Assembly: GCA_044345405.1 (NCBI GenBank)
Contig: JBIJBE010000004.1
Coordinates: 32,001-96,000 of the forward strand
Length of the DNA stretch: 64,000 bases
Direction of reading: 5' to 3'
DNA from: Bdellovibrionota bacterium
GTDB lineage: Bacteria > Bdellovibrionota_C > UBA2361 > OMII01
Shown: positions 9,111 through 17,844 of the stretch, piece after piece
How positions within the stretch are numbered: position 1 is the stretch's first letter
Layout of the letters: each line of letters opens with the position of its first letter
Program-made: the position numbers and the translations under genes
The notes under the pieces: model-generated
Told to the model about the DNA's origin: nothing
The model's database searches: none
Seen by the model: only the letters and a program-made list of their open reading frames with translations

Positions 9111-10724
9111 ATGCTCCTGAGGGGAACAGCTATCGTCTCTCTCCTGACGCTTCTGAGCCGGATACTTGGATTCGTTCGTGACCTATTGGTCGCTCGTCTC
9201 CTCGGCGCGTCGCTCTTTGCGGACGCCTTCTTTGTCGCTTTTCGAATCCCGAACCTTCTCCGAAGCTTCGCCGCCGAGGGCGCTCTCACCTCAGCTTTTG
9301 TGCCCGTTTTTTCATCCGCGCTCGCTCGAAGCAAAGACGACGCTCAGACCGCCTTTAGGCGCATAGCGGGATTCGTCCTCTACCTCACCATTCCACTCGC
9401 GATCTTCGGCATCATCTTCGCTACGGAGATCCTCTCGGTCATCGCCCCAGGGTTTCAGAACGATCCAGAGAAGCGCGCGTTGGCGAGTACCTTAACGCGG
9501 ATAATGTTCCCCTACATCATCTTCGTAAGTCTCGTCGCGATGCTGAATTCGGCGCTCAATACGTTAAAGGTGTTCGGCGCGTCCGCGTGGGCTCAGGTGA
9601 TCATGAACCTTGTACTCATCGCGGGAGCGTTGTGCGCGCTCCCATTTGAACCAGCAACCGCAACTATGATCCTCGCGGTCTCGGTGGTCATCGGAGGAGT
9701 CATCCAAGTCATCGCGCAGATTCCCGCGTGTCGAAGAGCCGGCCTTCCCACTCGAGCGAGCGCGGATATTCGCTCTCCGGAGGTTCGTGAGGTGGTTCGC
9801 CTTATGATTCCAGCTACAATCGGCGCATCGGTCTATCAGTTCAATATCTTCGTCTCTACCTTACTCGCCTCACTCTTAACTGAAGGTAGTATCTCATGGC
9901 TCTTTTACGCCGATCGAGTTGCGCAATTCCCGGTCGGTATCTTCTCCGTCGCGCTCGCGTCGGTACTTCTGCCGATGCTCGCCAACGCCTCCGCGACCTC
10001 GAACGTCGATCAATTCCGTTCAGGACTCTCGAATTCTCTGCGCTTCACGAGCTTCGCAATCATTCCGATGGCGGCAGGAATTTGGGTACTGGCCGTGCCC
10101 CTCACCTCTCTCCTCTTCGAGCGTGGCGCGTTCACCCACCATTCGACCCTCATGACCGCGGCCGCTATTCAAGCGTTGGCGATCGGATTGTGGGCATCGA
10201 GCTGCTACTCGATGGTGATGCGAGCATTTATCGCGAAAAAGGATACGATTACGCCGACCCTGATCGGTGTGTGCTCCCTGGTGGTATACCTCGCCTCGGC
10301 GCTCATCTTGATGGGGACAGTTAATCCGGCGGCAGGCACCGTGGCATCCATTATCGCCGCGATTCAGAACGCCCTCTACTCCGTTTTTCCAACGGTCACC
10401 GCTCAAGGGCATGTTGGGCTCGCGCTCGCCTCAAGTATCGGGGCGCTCTTCTCCCTGGTCTTTGCGATAGTCGTCTATACGGTGAAGCTCGGTAACTTTC
10501 CATGGAGCACCTTCCTACGTTCGTTTGCGACAAGCATCGCGGCCTCCTGCATCATGATTGCGGCGGTTCGGATGATAGCGCCGTTTGAGGCAGCGCCCCT
10601 CATGACGACCTTAATCGGCGCCACCGTGGGCGTCGTCGCATACATCCTCTCAAGCGTGATTCTCCGTTCAAAAGAGATGACCGATACCCTGGCGCTCGTT
10701 CGCCGAAAACTTTCACGGGGCTAG
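9111..10724 (+). CDS. murJ: Lipid II flippase MurJ
   Basis: SRILGFVRD, DAFFVAFRIPNLLR.FAAEGA, YADR..QFP.G, LFERGAF; many TM helices; GGAGG RBS. Confidence 0.95.
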   Translation: MLLRGTAIVSLLTLLSRILGFVRDLLVARLLGASLFADAFFVAFRIPNLLRSFAAEGALTSAFVPVFSSALARSKDDAQTAFRRIAGFVLYLTIPLAIFGIIFATEILSVIAPGFQNDPEKRALASTLTRIMFPYIIFVSLVAMLNSALNTLKVFGASAWAQVIMNLVLIAGALCALPFEPATATMILAVSVVIGGVIQVIAQIPACRRAGLPTRASADIRSPEVREVVRLMIPATIGASVYQFNIFVSTLLASLLTEGSISWLFYADRVAQFPVGIFSVALASVLLPMLANASATSNVDQFRSGLSNSLRFTSFAIIPMAAGIWVLAVPLTSLLFERGAFTHHSTLMTAAAIQALAIGLWASSCYSMVMRAFIAKKDTITPTLIGVCSLVVYLASALILMGTVNPAAGTVASIIAAIQNALYSVFPTVTAQGHVGLALASSIGALFSLVFAIVVYTVKLGNFPWSTFLRSFATSIAASCIMIAAVRMIAPFEAAPLMTTLIGATVGVVAYILSSVILRSKEMTDTLALVRRKLSRG

Positions 10725-10762
10725 ATACCGGAACTATTCCCTTCGGTTGACCCTCTTTCCAC

Positions 10763-10789
10763 GCAACTTCCTTTCGGTATCACCGATAC
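10763..10789 (+). promoter_or_regulatory. Possible sigma28-like promoter for fliH/fliI-like pair
   Basis: GCAAC-N14-ACCGATAC versus TAAAG-N14-GCCGATAA; weak -35. Confidence 0.3.
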
Positions 10790-10805
10790 CTCACCTACCC
10801 ACATT

Positions 10806-11417
10806 ATGTGTCAGGAGGTTACTGTGATACCCGCTGCCGTGCGTCCCCCCTCAGAGCCAGTAGAGCTGGCCCTTAGTAGCTCTCGCGCCGTACTGAACGC
10901 GTCCCGGTTGGAATGCGCGAGTCTACTCGCCCGAGCCAGAAAACGAGCCGCGCGGTATCGAGAGAAAGTGAAGGAGCGTGGATACCGCGCCGGTCTCGAA
11001 CGAGGATTCACGGAGAGCTCGGCGCGATGCACGGAAGCGATTGAGTCTCTGGGCGCTCTGTATGCCCGCACTATCGACGCCGCCCATCGGGATGCCGCTC
11101 TCGTGGCCCATCGAATCGTTGAAGAGTTGATCGATACCCACCTAAGGGAGGACCCAGAGCTTATTACGCGGTGGATCTCCCGAGCGATGGAGCACCTTAA
11201 GACTCATCAAGGCATGACCCTGAGGTATCACCCCCGTTATCACGAAACGCTAGGTCATAGCGCGACGCACATCCCTTCGGGAATGACGATATCGATGGAC
11301 CCCACCCTCAAAGAGCTGGATTTCGCTATCGATACGAACGTTGGAGCGGTGACCTTCTCGTGGAGAGAACTGTTACGCCCTCTCAAGCCATCACACCCCA
11401 CCGAGGTATCTCTATGA
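10806..11417 (+). CDS. FliH/SctL-like type III export stator protein
   Basis: Helical N-half with GY.AGLERG (GxxxG) repeat, RYHP and MDPTL...D..I.T..G C-terminal pattern; ATGA-coupled to FliI/SctN. Confidence 0.7.
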   Translation: MCQEVTVIPAAVRPPSEPVELALSSSRAVLNASRLECASLLARARKRAARYREKVKERGYRAGLERGFTESSARCTEAIESLGALYARTIDAAHRDAALVAHRIVEELIDTHLREDPELITRWISRAMEHLKTHQGMTLRYHPRYHETLGHSATHIPSGMTISMDPTLKELDFAIDTNVGAVTFSWRELLRPLKPSHPTEVSL

Positions 11418-12721
11418 CCTCAAGCTTCTCACCTTTTTCGCTCACCGGAACGATCGTATCGGTGCGGGGCTCGACGATCCTCGCCCGCCTACCCCAAGGT
11501 TCAGTGGGAGATATCTGCTGGATACAGACTCGAAACCGGGGAGAGCTCCGCGCGCAGATAGTCTCGTTTGAGGAGAATACCTTCTCCCTCGCCCTCTTTG
11601 ACGAACCGGAAGGGATATCACCCGGCGCGCAGGTGAGAACGCACGGTTCCCAACTCGCGATCCCCGTGAGCGCCGCGCTCTTAGGATCGGTCATTTCCCC
11701 CCTGGGTATGCCCCTTGAGGAAACAACGAAACCTCTCCCGTGTAGCGAGATGCGCTCCATCTTCGCGCCTCCCCCCATCGCGACGAAAAGACCGCTCATC
11801 TCCAAGCCTCTCATCACCGGCATCCGCTCAATCGATGGATTTTGTAGACTCGGGCAGGGGCAACGTGTCGGCATCTGCGCGCCAGCGGGAATCGGGAAGT
11901 CGACCCTCCTTGGGATGATCGCGCGACGCGCTGAGGCTGACGCGATCGTCGTGGCGCTCGTCGGGGAACGAAGTCGAGAGGTGCGGGAGTTTATCGAGGA
12001 GACCCTTGGCGAGGAGGGACGCAAACGGAGCGTCGTCGTCGTCGCGACGAGCAGTGACTCCTCACTCCTTCGTCAAACGGCCCCGTACACAGCCACAACC
12101 ATCGCGGAGTATCTACGGGACCAAGGTCTCAACGTGCTCCTGATCGTTGATTCTCTCACCCGCCTCGCGCGAGCTATTCGAGAGACAAGTATCGCGGCGG
12201 GAGATCTTCCTGTTCGGCACGGGTACACGAACGCGGTGTACACCCAATTACCCCGGCTTGTTGAACGGCCCGGCACATCGTCAAACGGCTCAATAACCGC
12301 TCTCTATACGGTCCTCACAACCACAGAGGACGACATCGATCCCCTAGCTGATGAGGTAAAGAGCCTCCTCGATGGTCATATCGTTCTCTCAAAAGAGATG
12401 GCGAACCTCGGTATCATGCCAGCGATCGATATCACGCAAAGCATCTCTCGCCTCAGCGGCAGGTTGACAGCCCCTCAGCCTCTCGGACAGGCGCGCGCGA
12501 TTCAACGCGCGGTGGCTCGGTACATCCGTGAACGGGACATCGCCCTTCTTGGCGGCTCACCGGACGCGGAGCTTCAAAGCATCCTGCGCAATCAGGAGAT
12601 GATACGGCAGGTCCTTTCTCAGGATACGAAAGAGTCCTCATCACTAGAGGTGACCGAGCACGAGCTAAGTCGTTTGTGTTCTACGATCGCTCCGTCGTAT
12701 GTGGGGGAACCGTCGCCATAG
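11414..12721 (+). CDS. Type III export ATPase FliI/SctN family
   Basis: TGIRSIDG, GQGQR, APAGIGKST Walker A, VGERSREVREF, DSLTRLARAIRE, GSITALYTVL, DGHIVLS, SISR. Confidence 0.9.
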   Translation: MTSSFSPFSLTGTIVSVRGSTILARLPQGSVGDICWIQTRNRGELRAQIVSFEENTFSLALFDEPEGISPGAQVRTHGSQLAIPVSAALLGSVISPLGMPLEETTKPLPCSEMRSIFAPPPIATKRPLISKPLITGIRSIDGFCRLGQGQRVGICAPAGIGKSTLLGMIARRAEADAIVVALVGERSREVREFIEETLGEEGRKRSVVVVATSSDSSLLRQTAPYTATTIAEYLRDQGLNVLLIVDSLTRLARAIRETSIAAGDLPVRHGYTNAVYTQLPRLVERPGTSSNGSITALYTVLTTTEDDIDPLADEVKSLLDGHIVLSKEMANLGIMPAIDITQSISRLSGRLTAPQPLGQARAIQRAVARYIRERDIALLGGSPDAELQSILRNQEMIRQVLSQDTKESSSLEVTEHELSRLCSTIAPSYVGEPSP

Positions 12722-12755
12722 AATCCGACATCAGGGAGGGCCCGTCTACTGGCTT

Positions 12756-13244
12756 TTACTCTTCGTCACTAACGGAGATGCTCGAGAGAAACTTCTCTCC
12801 CACCGCCACAAGGCGTTGGTCCGTGAAGGTAACCCCAGCGAAGATAGTCGCTTCAGGGGTAGCGATGAGCCACTGCATCAAGCTCTCACCGGTCTCTCTG
12901 AGACGCATGTGCTGCACGGCGCCCGGAAACTCCTCACACGAACGAGGAGTAACGGAGATAGTCTCGAGTTGCTCGTTATCTTTAAGCTCCTCTCGCAGGT
13001 GTTCCGCGAGCTGCTCGGATGAGGTGACTTCGAGCACCTGCCCCGCGGATACCGCAAGGTCGAACTGTAACTCAGCACCCGCGTACTCCTCATCGAGAGA
13101 GAGGGTGACCGTCTCTCCATCACTATCATCGTCCTCTGAGTCGTCAACCCACGGCTCGCTCGGAAACTCACCACTCACGGTTGTCTCAGGAACGGTGTAG
13201 CGCTCCCACGGTTGCTTTACGATCTTCTCGACATCAAAGGACAT
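12756..13244 (-). CDS. Acidic hypothetical protein
   Basis: 162-aa ORF, ATG with GAGG RBS, fills intergenic space; no family recognised. Confidence 0.6.
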   Translation of the reverse strand: MSFDVEKIVKQPWERYTVPETTVSGEFPSEPWVDDSEDDDSDGETVTLSLDEEYAGAELQFDLAVSAGQVLEVTSSEQLAEHLREELKDNEQLETISVTPRSCEEFPGAVQHMRLRETGESLMQWLIATPEATIFAGVTFTDQRLVAVGEKFLSSISVSDEE

Positions 13245-13480
13245 AGAAACCTCACGTTTATTCGGTGGCAGTTTGTACCATGGCCAGGACAGATAAGGAA
13301 ATCAGCAGACTCAGGACTCAACAAATTCATACGTCCGAGACCGTGTTGGTGGTCTTTGGCCCATACCAGACTCGCCGAATCGAGCTCCTCCCGACGGGCT
13401 AAGAACACCCTGAATAATTTCGACTATGCGCCCAGGGTCCTGATATTGAAACCACCCGCCATCGGGTGTAGCCTCCCCCC

Positions 13481-14536
13481 ATGACTGTTGCAGCATCGCC
13501 CGTTATCCCAGCAGCGCTTGGTTTTTCGATCCCCGCCGAGTGGTCCCCACACGAGGCGACCTGGATGGCATGGCCCCACGACGAAGAGCTGTGGGTCGGT
13601 GGATTCCTAGAGGGGACCAGGCGCGAATTCGCGGCGTTCATCAACACACTGGCTCGTTATGAGCGTGTCGAGCTCCTGGTTGCTAATGCTGAGTGCGAAC
13701 AAGACGCGCGGCGGCGCCTCTCGGGCAACGTTCGCTTCCACTCGCTCGAATACAGCGACGTCTGGCTGCGTGATAGCGGTCCGATCTTTGTGAAAAACTC
13801 CGCCGGCGCTAATCTGATCACAGACTGGGAGTTCAACGGTTGGGGCAACAAGTATGATTCCGCTCCTGATAATAAAATACCGAAATACGTAGCTCAGTTC
13901 CTCGACGCCGGATTTGTGTCACCAGGCCTGGTCATGGAGGGAGGATCACTGGAGCCAAACGGTGAGGGAGTTATTATAACGACCAAGCAGTGCCTTCTCT
14001 CTAAGGAGAGGAACCCCTCACTCTCTCAGGACGATATCGACCAGGCTCTGGGGTCATTTCTCGGCGCCAAAAAGGTAATCTGGCTCGGCGATGGTCTTGA
14101 AAACGATCACACCGATGGTCACATCGACACCATCACCCGATTTACAAGCCCGAACACGATCGTGACCTGCGTGTGCGAAGATACTCAAGATCCGAACCAC
14201 TCTGTTATGGCGACAAACCTTGAAATACTAAGGTCCGCCACGGATACCTCTGGCAAACCGTTCTCTATCATCGAGCTACCCTTGCCACGTAATCGTCTTG
14301 AGTTAGAGGGCGAACGGCTAGCGGCAACTTACGCCAACTTTTATATCTGTAACGGCGCCGTGATCGTTCCGCAATACGACGACCCATATGATGCCCTGGC
14401 CCTTGAGATCCTGAAGCCGCTCTTTCCCGGGCGAGACGTTATCGGAACACCTGGTCGAGCGCTCATCACAGGCGGCGGTTCATTTCACTGTGTCACGCAA
14501 CAACAACCTATCGGGCCGATGTGGAGAAACGTATGA
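13481..14536 (+). CDS. aguA: Agmatine deiminase
   Basis: PAEW..H..TWMAWP, DVWLRDSGP, FNGWG.KY, EGGS, DHTDGHID, YANFY, GGGSFHCVTQQ. Confidence 0.95.
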   Translation: MTVAASPVIPAALGFSIPAEWSPHEATWMAWPHDEELWVGGFLEGTRREFAAFINTLARYERVELLVANAECEQDARRRLSGNVRFHSLEYSDVWLRDSGPIFVKNSAGANLITDWEFNGWGNKYDSAPDNKIPKYVAQFLDAGFVSPGLVMEGGSLEPNGEGVIITTKQCLLSKERNPSLSQDDIDQALGSFLGAKKVIWLGDGLENDHTDGHIDTITRFTSPNTIVTCVCEDTQDPNHSVMATNLEILRSATDTSGKPFSIIELPLPRNRLELEGERLAATYANFYICNGAVIVPQYDDPYDALALEILKPLFPGRDVIGTPGRALITGGGSFHCVTQQQPIGPMWRNV

Positions 14537-15414
14537 CAAAACTCGCCGTTGTACAGATGTCGATGACTGACGACCGTGAACGGAACGTCACCAAGGCTCT
14601 CAGCCTGGTCGAAGAAGCGTGCTCTCAAGGAGCTCAGATAATCCTGCTCCCTGAGCTATTCGAGGGCTACTATTTTCCACAAGTAGAGCGCGAGGCCCAT
14701 TTCAAGCGAGCGTTTCCTATCGAGGGGCACCCGTTTATTAGCCGCTTTCAAGAGATCGCTAAGAAGCGTTCCTGCGTGCTACCAATCAGCTTCTTCGAGC
14801 GCTCAGGTCAAGCTCATTACAATAGCCTTGTGATGATTGACGCCGACGGCACTAATTTAGGACTCTATCGCAAGTCTCACATACCAGATGGTCCCGGATA
14901 CGAAGAGAAGTATTACTTCAACGGTGGAGACACCGGCTTTAAGGCGTTCCGCACCCGTTACGGAACGATCGGGGCCGGAATATGCTGGGATCAGTGGTAT
15001 CCGGAGTGCGCCAGAGCCATGGCCCTCCTCGGCGCGGAGATCCTTTTGTATCCAACGGCGATCGGGTCTGAACCGCAAGAGACAGGCTCCGTAGAAACAC
15101 GAGATATGTGGCAGCGCGCCATGATTGGACACGCGGTCTCCAACTCCTGCTACGTCGCCGCGGCGAATCGTATCGGAACAGAGACGGTCGAAACCGCATC
15201 GCAAACCTTCTACGGCAGCTCCTTCATCTCAGACTACACGGGAACCAAGATTCAAGAAGCAGGCACAGCTGATGAAAGGATCCTGATCGCCGATCTCGAT
15301 CTCGATACATGTCGCTCATTCCGCGCTGGAATGGGATTCTTTCGAGACAGACGGCCGGAGCTGTACAAGACGCTTCTCACGCTGGACGGAACACTCCAGG
15401 TACCGTCTCGATAA
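14533..15414 (+). CDS. aguB: N-carbamoylputrescine amidase (nitrilase fold)
   Basis: PELF, YRKSHIPDGPGYEEKYYF, ICWDQWYPE, YPTAIGSEP; ATGA-coupled to aguA. Confidence 0.95.
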   Translation: MTKLAVVQMSMTDDRERNVTKALSLVEEACSQGAQIILLPELFEGYYFPQVEREAHFKRAFPIEGHPFISRFQEIAKKRSCVLPISFFERSGQAHYNSLVMIDADGTNLGLYRKSHIPDGPGYEEKYYFNGGDTGFKAFRTRYGTIGAGICWDQWYPECARAMALLGAEILLYPTAIGSEPQETGSVETRDMWQRAMIGHAVSNSCYVAAANRIGTETVETASQTFYGSSFISDYTGTKIQEAGTADERILIADLDLDTCRSFRAGMGFFRDRRPELYKTLLTLDGTLQVPSR

Positions 15415-15506
15415 GAGGCGTTCGGAGCAGAATAAAGCACCGCTGAGATTATAGTCGTTTGTCCCACCGATACGGTACACCTGGGACAGTTAACGACCCT
15501 GCCGTT

Positions 15507-15797
15507 TTAGTGATCGTTGTCTCCTGAGTCAGACTCACTGCCGTGAGTTGGCTCTTGCTTCTTCAGCTTACCCTGTAAAAAGCTCAGGTATATCTTCTCC
15601 AACCTCGTTCGGGCCCACGGGGTCTTACGCAGAAACTTAAGACTCGAGTTAATCGAGGGATTCTCCTCGAAGCAGTTAATCGAAAGCTGTCGAGAGAGTC
15701 CCTCCCATCCGAAATGCTCATAGAGCTCGGTCAAAATAGCTTTAAGCGTCTTTCCTTCGAGGGGGTCTTTGGGAGCACGGTGGGGAGTTTCATTCAT
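15507..15797 (-). CDS. VF530/DUF2132 family small DNA-binding protein
   Basis: DPLEGKTL..IL..L...FGW..L....INCF..NPSINSSLKFLRKTPWAR signature. Confidence 0.88.
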   Translation of the reverse strand: MNETPHRAPKDPLEGKTLKAILTELYEHFGWEGLSRQLSINCFEENPSINSSLKFLRKTPWARTRLEKIYLSFLQGKLKKQEPTHGSESDSGDNDH

Positions 15798-16116
15798 AGG
15801 AGCGCTCTGATTCGGTGCGGGAGTCCGCCCCTCCCGATCTATAATCTTTGACGCGAAGCAGCAAGCAACGGGTGCCATAAAACGGAGCCTGTGTGCCCAC
15901 GGGGCCTGGAAACCTAAAACCTGCCCCAGACCATGCCCGGCCACCCGGAAACGAATCAGCACAATCCGCTCAAGCACTTAGAGGACCTTGGTCTCATGGT
16001 GAGGCCCGTCTGCCCACCTACAAATCTACCTTCTGCAGAAAGAAAGCCGAAAACACTAAAGATTTTGGGGAAAGCAGTCGTCCTCCCCGACGGTGGGAAG
16101 AGGCTATACATCTGAT

Positions 16117-17844
16117 ATGGGGCGGGCCATGCGCGGAGCTTTTTGTCTTTCGCTCGTTATACTAGCGATTCAGGTATCAACCGAGACCCATGCGCAGAGC
16201 AAGATGCCGTGCATGGTCAGTGGTCGCGCATGTCAACTGCCGGGCACACAGGGGTTGGGAAACAACATGGTTTCCATGCCACTGGGGACGTTCAACTCTC
16301 AATTTACGGGGACTAGCCGACCATCCTTGGGCGCAGGCCTCGGCGTATCGCCAAAGGACGGGTCTCTTCTCTACTCCGGTGGAGATGTAAAGCTCGTGGA
16401 GGGCACGGGATTCACGACCACCTTTAACAAATCGGGTAACAGATTCATTTCGGAGTTCGCTGAGAACGGAGATCTGCGAGAGATCGAGATCTCAAATGGT
16501 ACGCTCAAGGTAATATCTCCCGACGGCTTTTCAACAACCTACGGACAGCCCTTTCAGGGTCGATATTTTCCAACGCTCATAACTGATCCAGATGGACACC
16601 GATTATTCTCAGCAACCTGGAAAAATGGACTTCCACTAACGCAAGTAGACCAGGTCGGCGGTACGACCACGTTTACCTCCGACTCTTTTGGTCGTGTACG
16701 CTCAATTAAAACTCCAGAGGGATTAGTCTACTCTTTTACCTACAACCGGTTGGGCAGGCTTCAGAAAGCGCAAGTTGGAGACGTCACGACTGAGTACTCC
16801 TATGATGCAGCCGGAAATCTAACTGAGATTAAGCCATCGACGGGGCCAAGCACCCTCTTCGCATATGGGAAAGACAATGTCCTCGTCGGAACAGGAGATG
16901 GCAACACGACAACGACGATATCGTATTCCACAACTTCAACAACCGCCGAGAGCACCAGCGGGAGCTTCACTCAATTTTCAACGACAACCTTTGGGAAGTT
17001 CGGCCGTATGTACCTACCCGTTAAACAGGAAGGGGCAGATGGATTCGCAAAGTCGGGCGGCTCCGTCCTAGCTACGATAGAACGAGACGGCTTTGGCAAC
17101 GTTATTAAATCGACAGACGCGTCTGGGCGATCGACCTCCTACCAACTGGTCAAGGGTCTTCCAACGAAGGTCACATCGCCAGATAACGTCGTTGTCACCT
17201 TCACCAGAAATCCCAACGACAAGTATCGCGTTACCTCTCAGTCAACCTTCGGAGCGAATGGCGCACCTCTCTCGACAACCGATTACGCATGGGACAGCGG
17301 CAAGCTGAAATCAGTCACGAGTAAAGATTCACAAGGAAGAGTCGTTGGAGTTCAGACGATCGCTCGCTCGGGCTCCTCTACAACAACCACCGCGAAATTT
17401 ACAGAGTACTATACCTGGGATCCAACGGGGCCAAAGGGTCGACTGATCGGCATTGAATCCATCAGCGGGAAACAGTCCATTACATTCAACGGTCTCGGAG
17501 TGCCGACCCAATTCGACACAAATGGTGTGACTACCACAGTGACTCGAGACGTATCTCCTGACGGAAGAGTAAAGGTCACCACAAACCGGGGAGGTCTGGT
17601 AGCTCTAGCCGAGTCGAATTTCCTAGGAACAGAGGTGAGCAGCTCACTTGGTGACAGTCAGGGCCGCTTCATCGCACAGAACAATCTGAGATCCAGTGGC
17701 ACGGCACTCAAGAGCAACGCCGCGGAGAGTTGGAGTGTGATGTCGGGTAAGGGTTTACGCCGAGGAAAGACGACATCGGCATTTACCGTGTCATCTCCAG
17801 GAACAAACAAGACAACACGATCCTCCCAAAGGTCTGGATGGTAG
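16117..17844 (+). CDS. Exported RHS/YD-repeat protein A (short, no C-terminal toxin)
   Basis: Signal peptide (...ETHA-Q); YD-like repeats (FTYNRLGRL, YSYDAAGNLT, RDGFGNVIKSTDASG); start 16117 or 16129. Confidence 0.8.
   Translation: MGRAMRGAFCLSLVILAIQVSTETHAQSKMPCMVSGRACQLPGTQGLGNNMVSMPLGTFNSQFTGTSRPSLGAGLGVSPKDGSLLYSGGDVKLVEGTGFTTTFNKSGNRFISEFAENGDLREIEISNGTLKVISPDGFSTTYGQPFQGRYFPTLITDPDGHRLFSATWKNGLPLTQVDQVGGTTTFTSDSFGRVRSIKTPEGLVYSFTYNRLGRLQKAQVGDVTTEYSYDAAGNLTEIKPSTGPSTLFAYGKDNVLVGTGDGNTTTTISYSTTSTTAESTSGSFTQFSTTTFGKFGRMYLPVKQEGADGFAKSGGSVLATIERDGFGNVIKSTDASGRSTSYQLVKGLPTKVTSPDNVVVTFTRNPNDKYRVTSQSTFGANGAPLSTTDYAWDSGKLKSVTSKDSQGRVVGVQTIARSGSSTTTTAKFTEYYTWDPTGPKGRLIGIESISGKQSITFNGLGVPTQFDTNGVTTTVTRDVSPDGRVKVTTNRGGLVALAESNFLGTEVSSSLGDSQGRFIAQNNLRSSGTALKSNAAESWSVMSGKGLRRGKTTSAFTVSSPGTNKTTRSSQRSGW

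Noticed and set aside
16027-16053. GCCGAAAA as sigma28 -10 upstream of the RHS locus, and other CCGATA boxes near 38690 and 54130
   Set aside because: No acceptable -35 at correct spacing
17407-17436. YTWDPTG in RHS-A as possible RHS autoproteolysis DPxG motif
   Set aside because: Lacks the preceding YxY..NP core signature and reads as an ordinary YD-repeat turn (WD...GRL)
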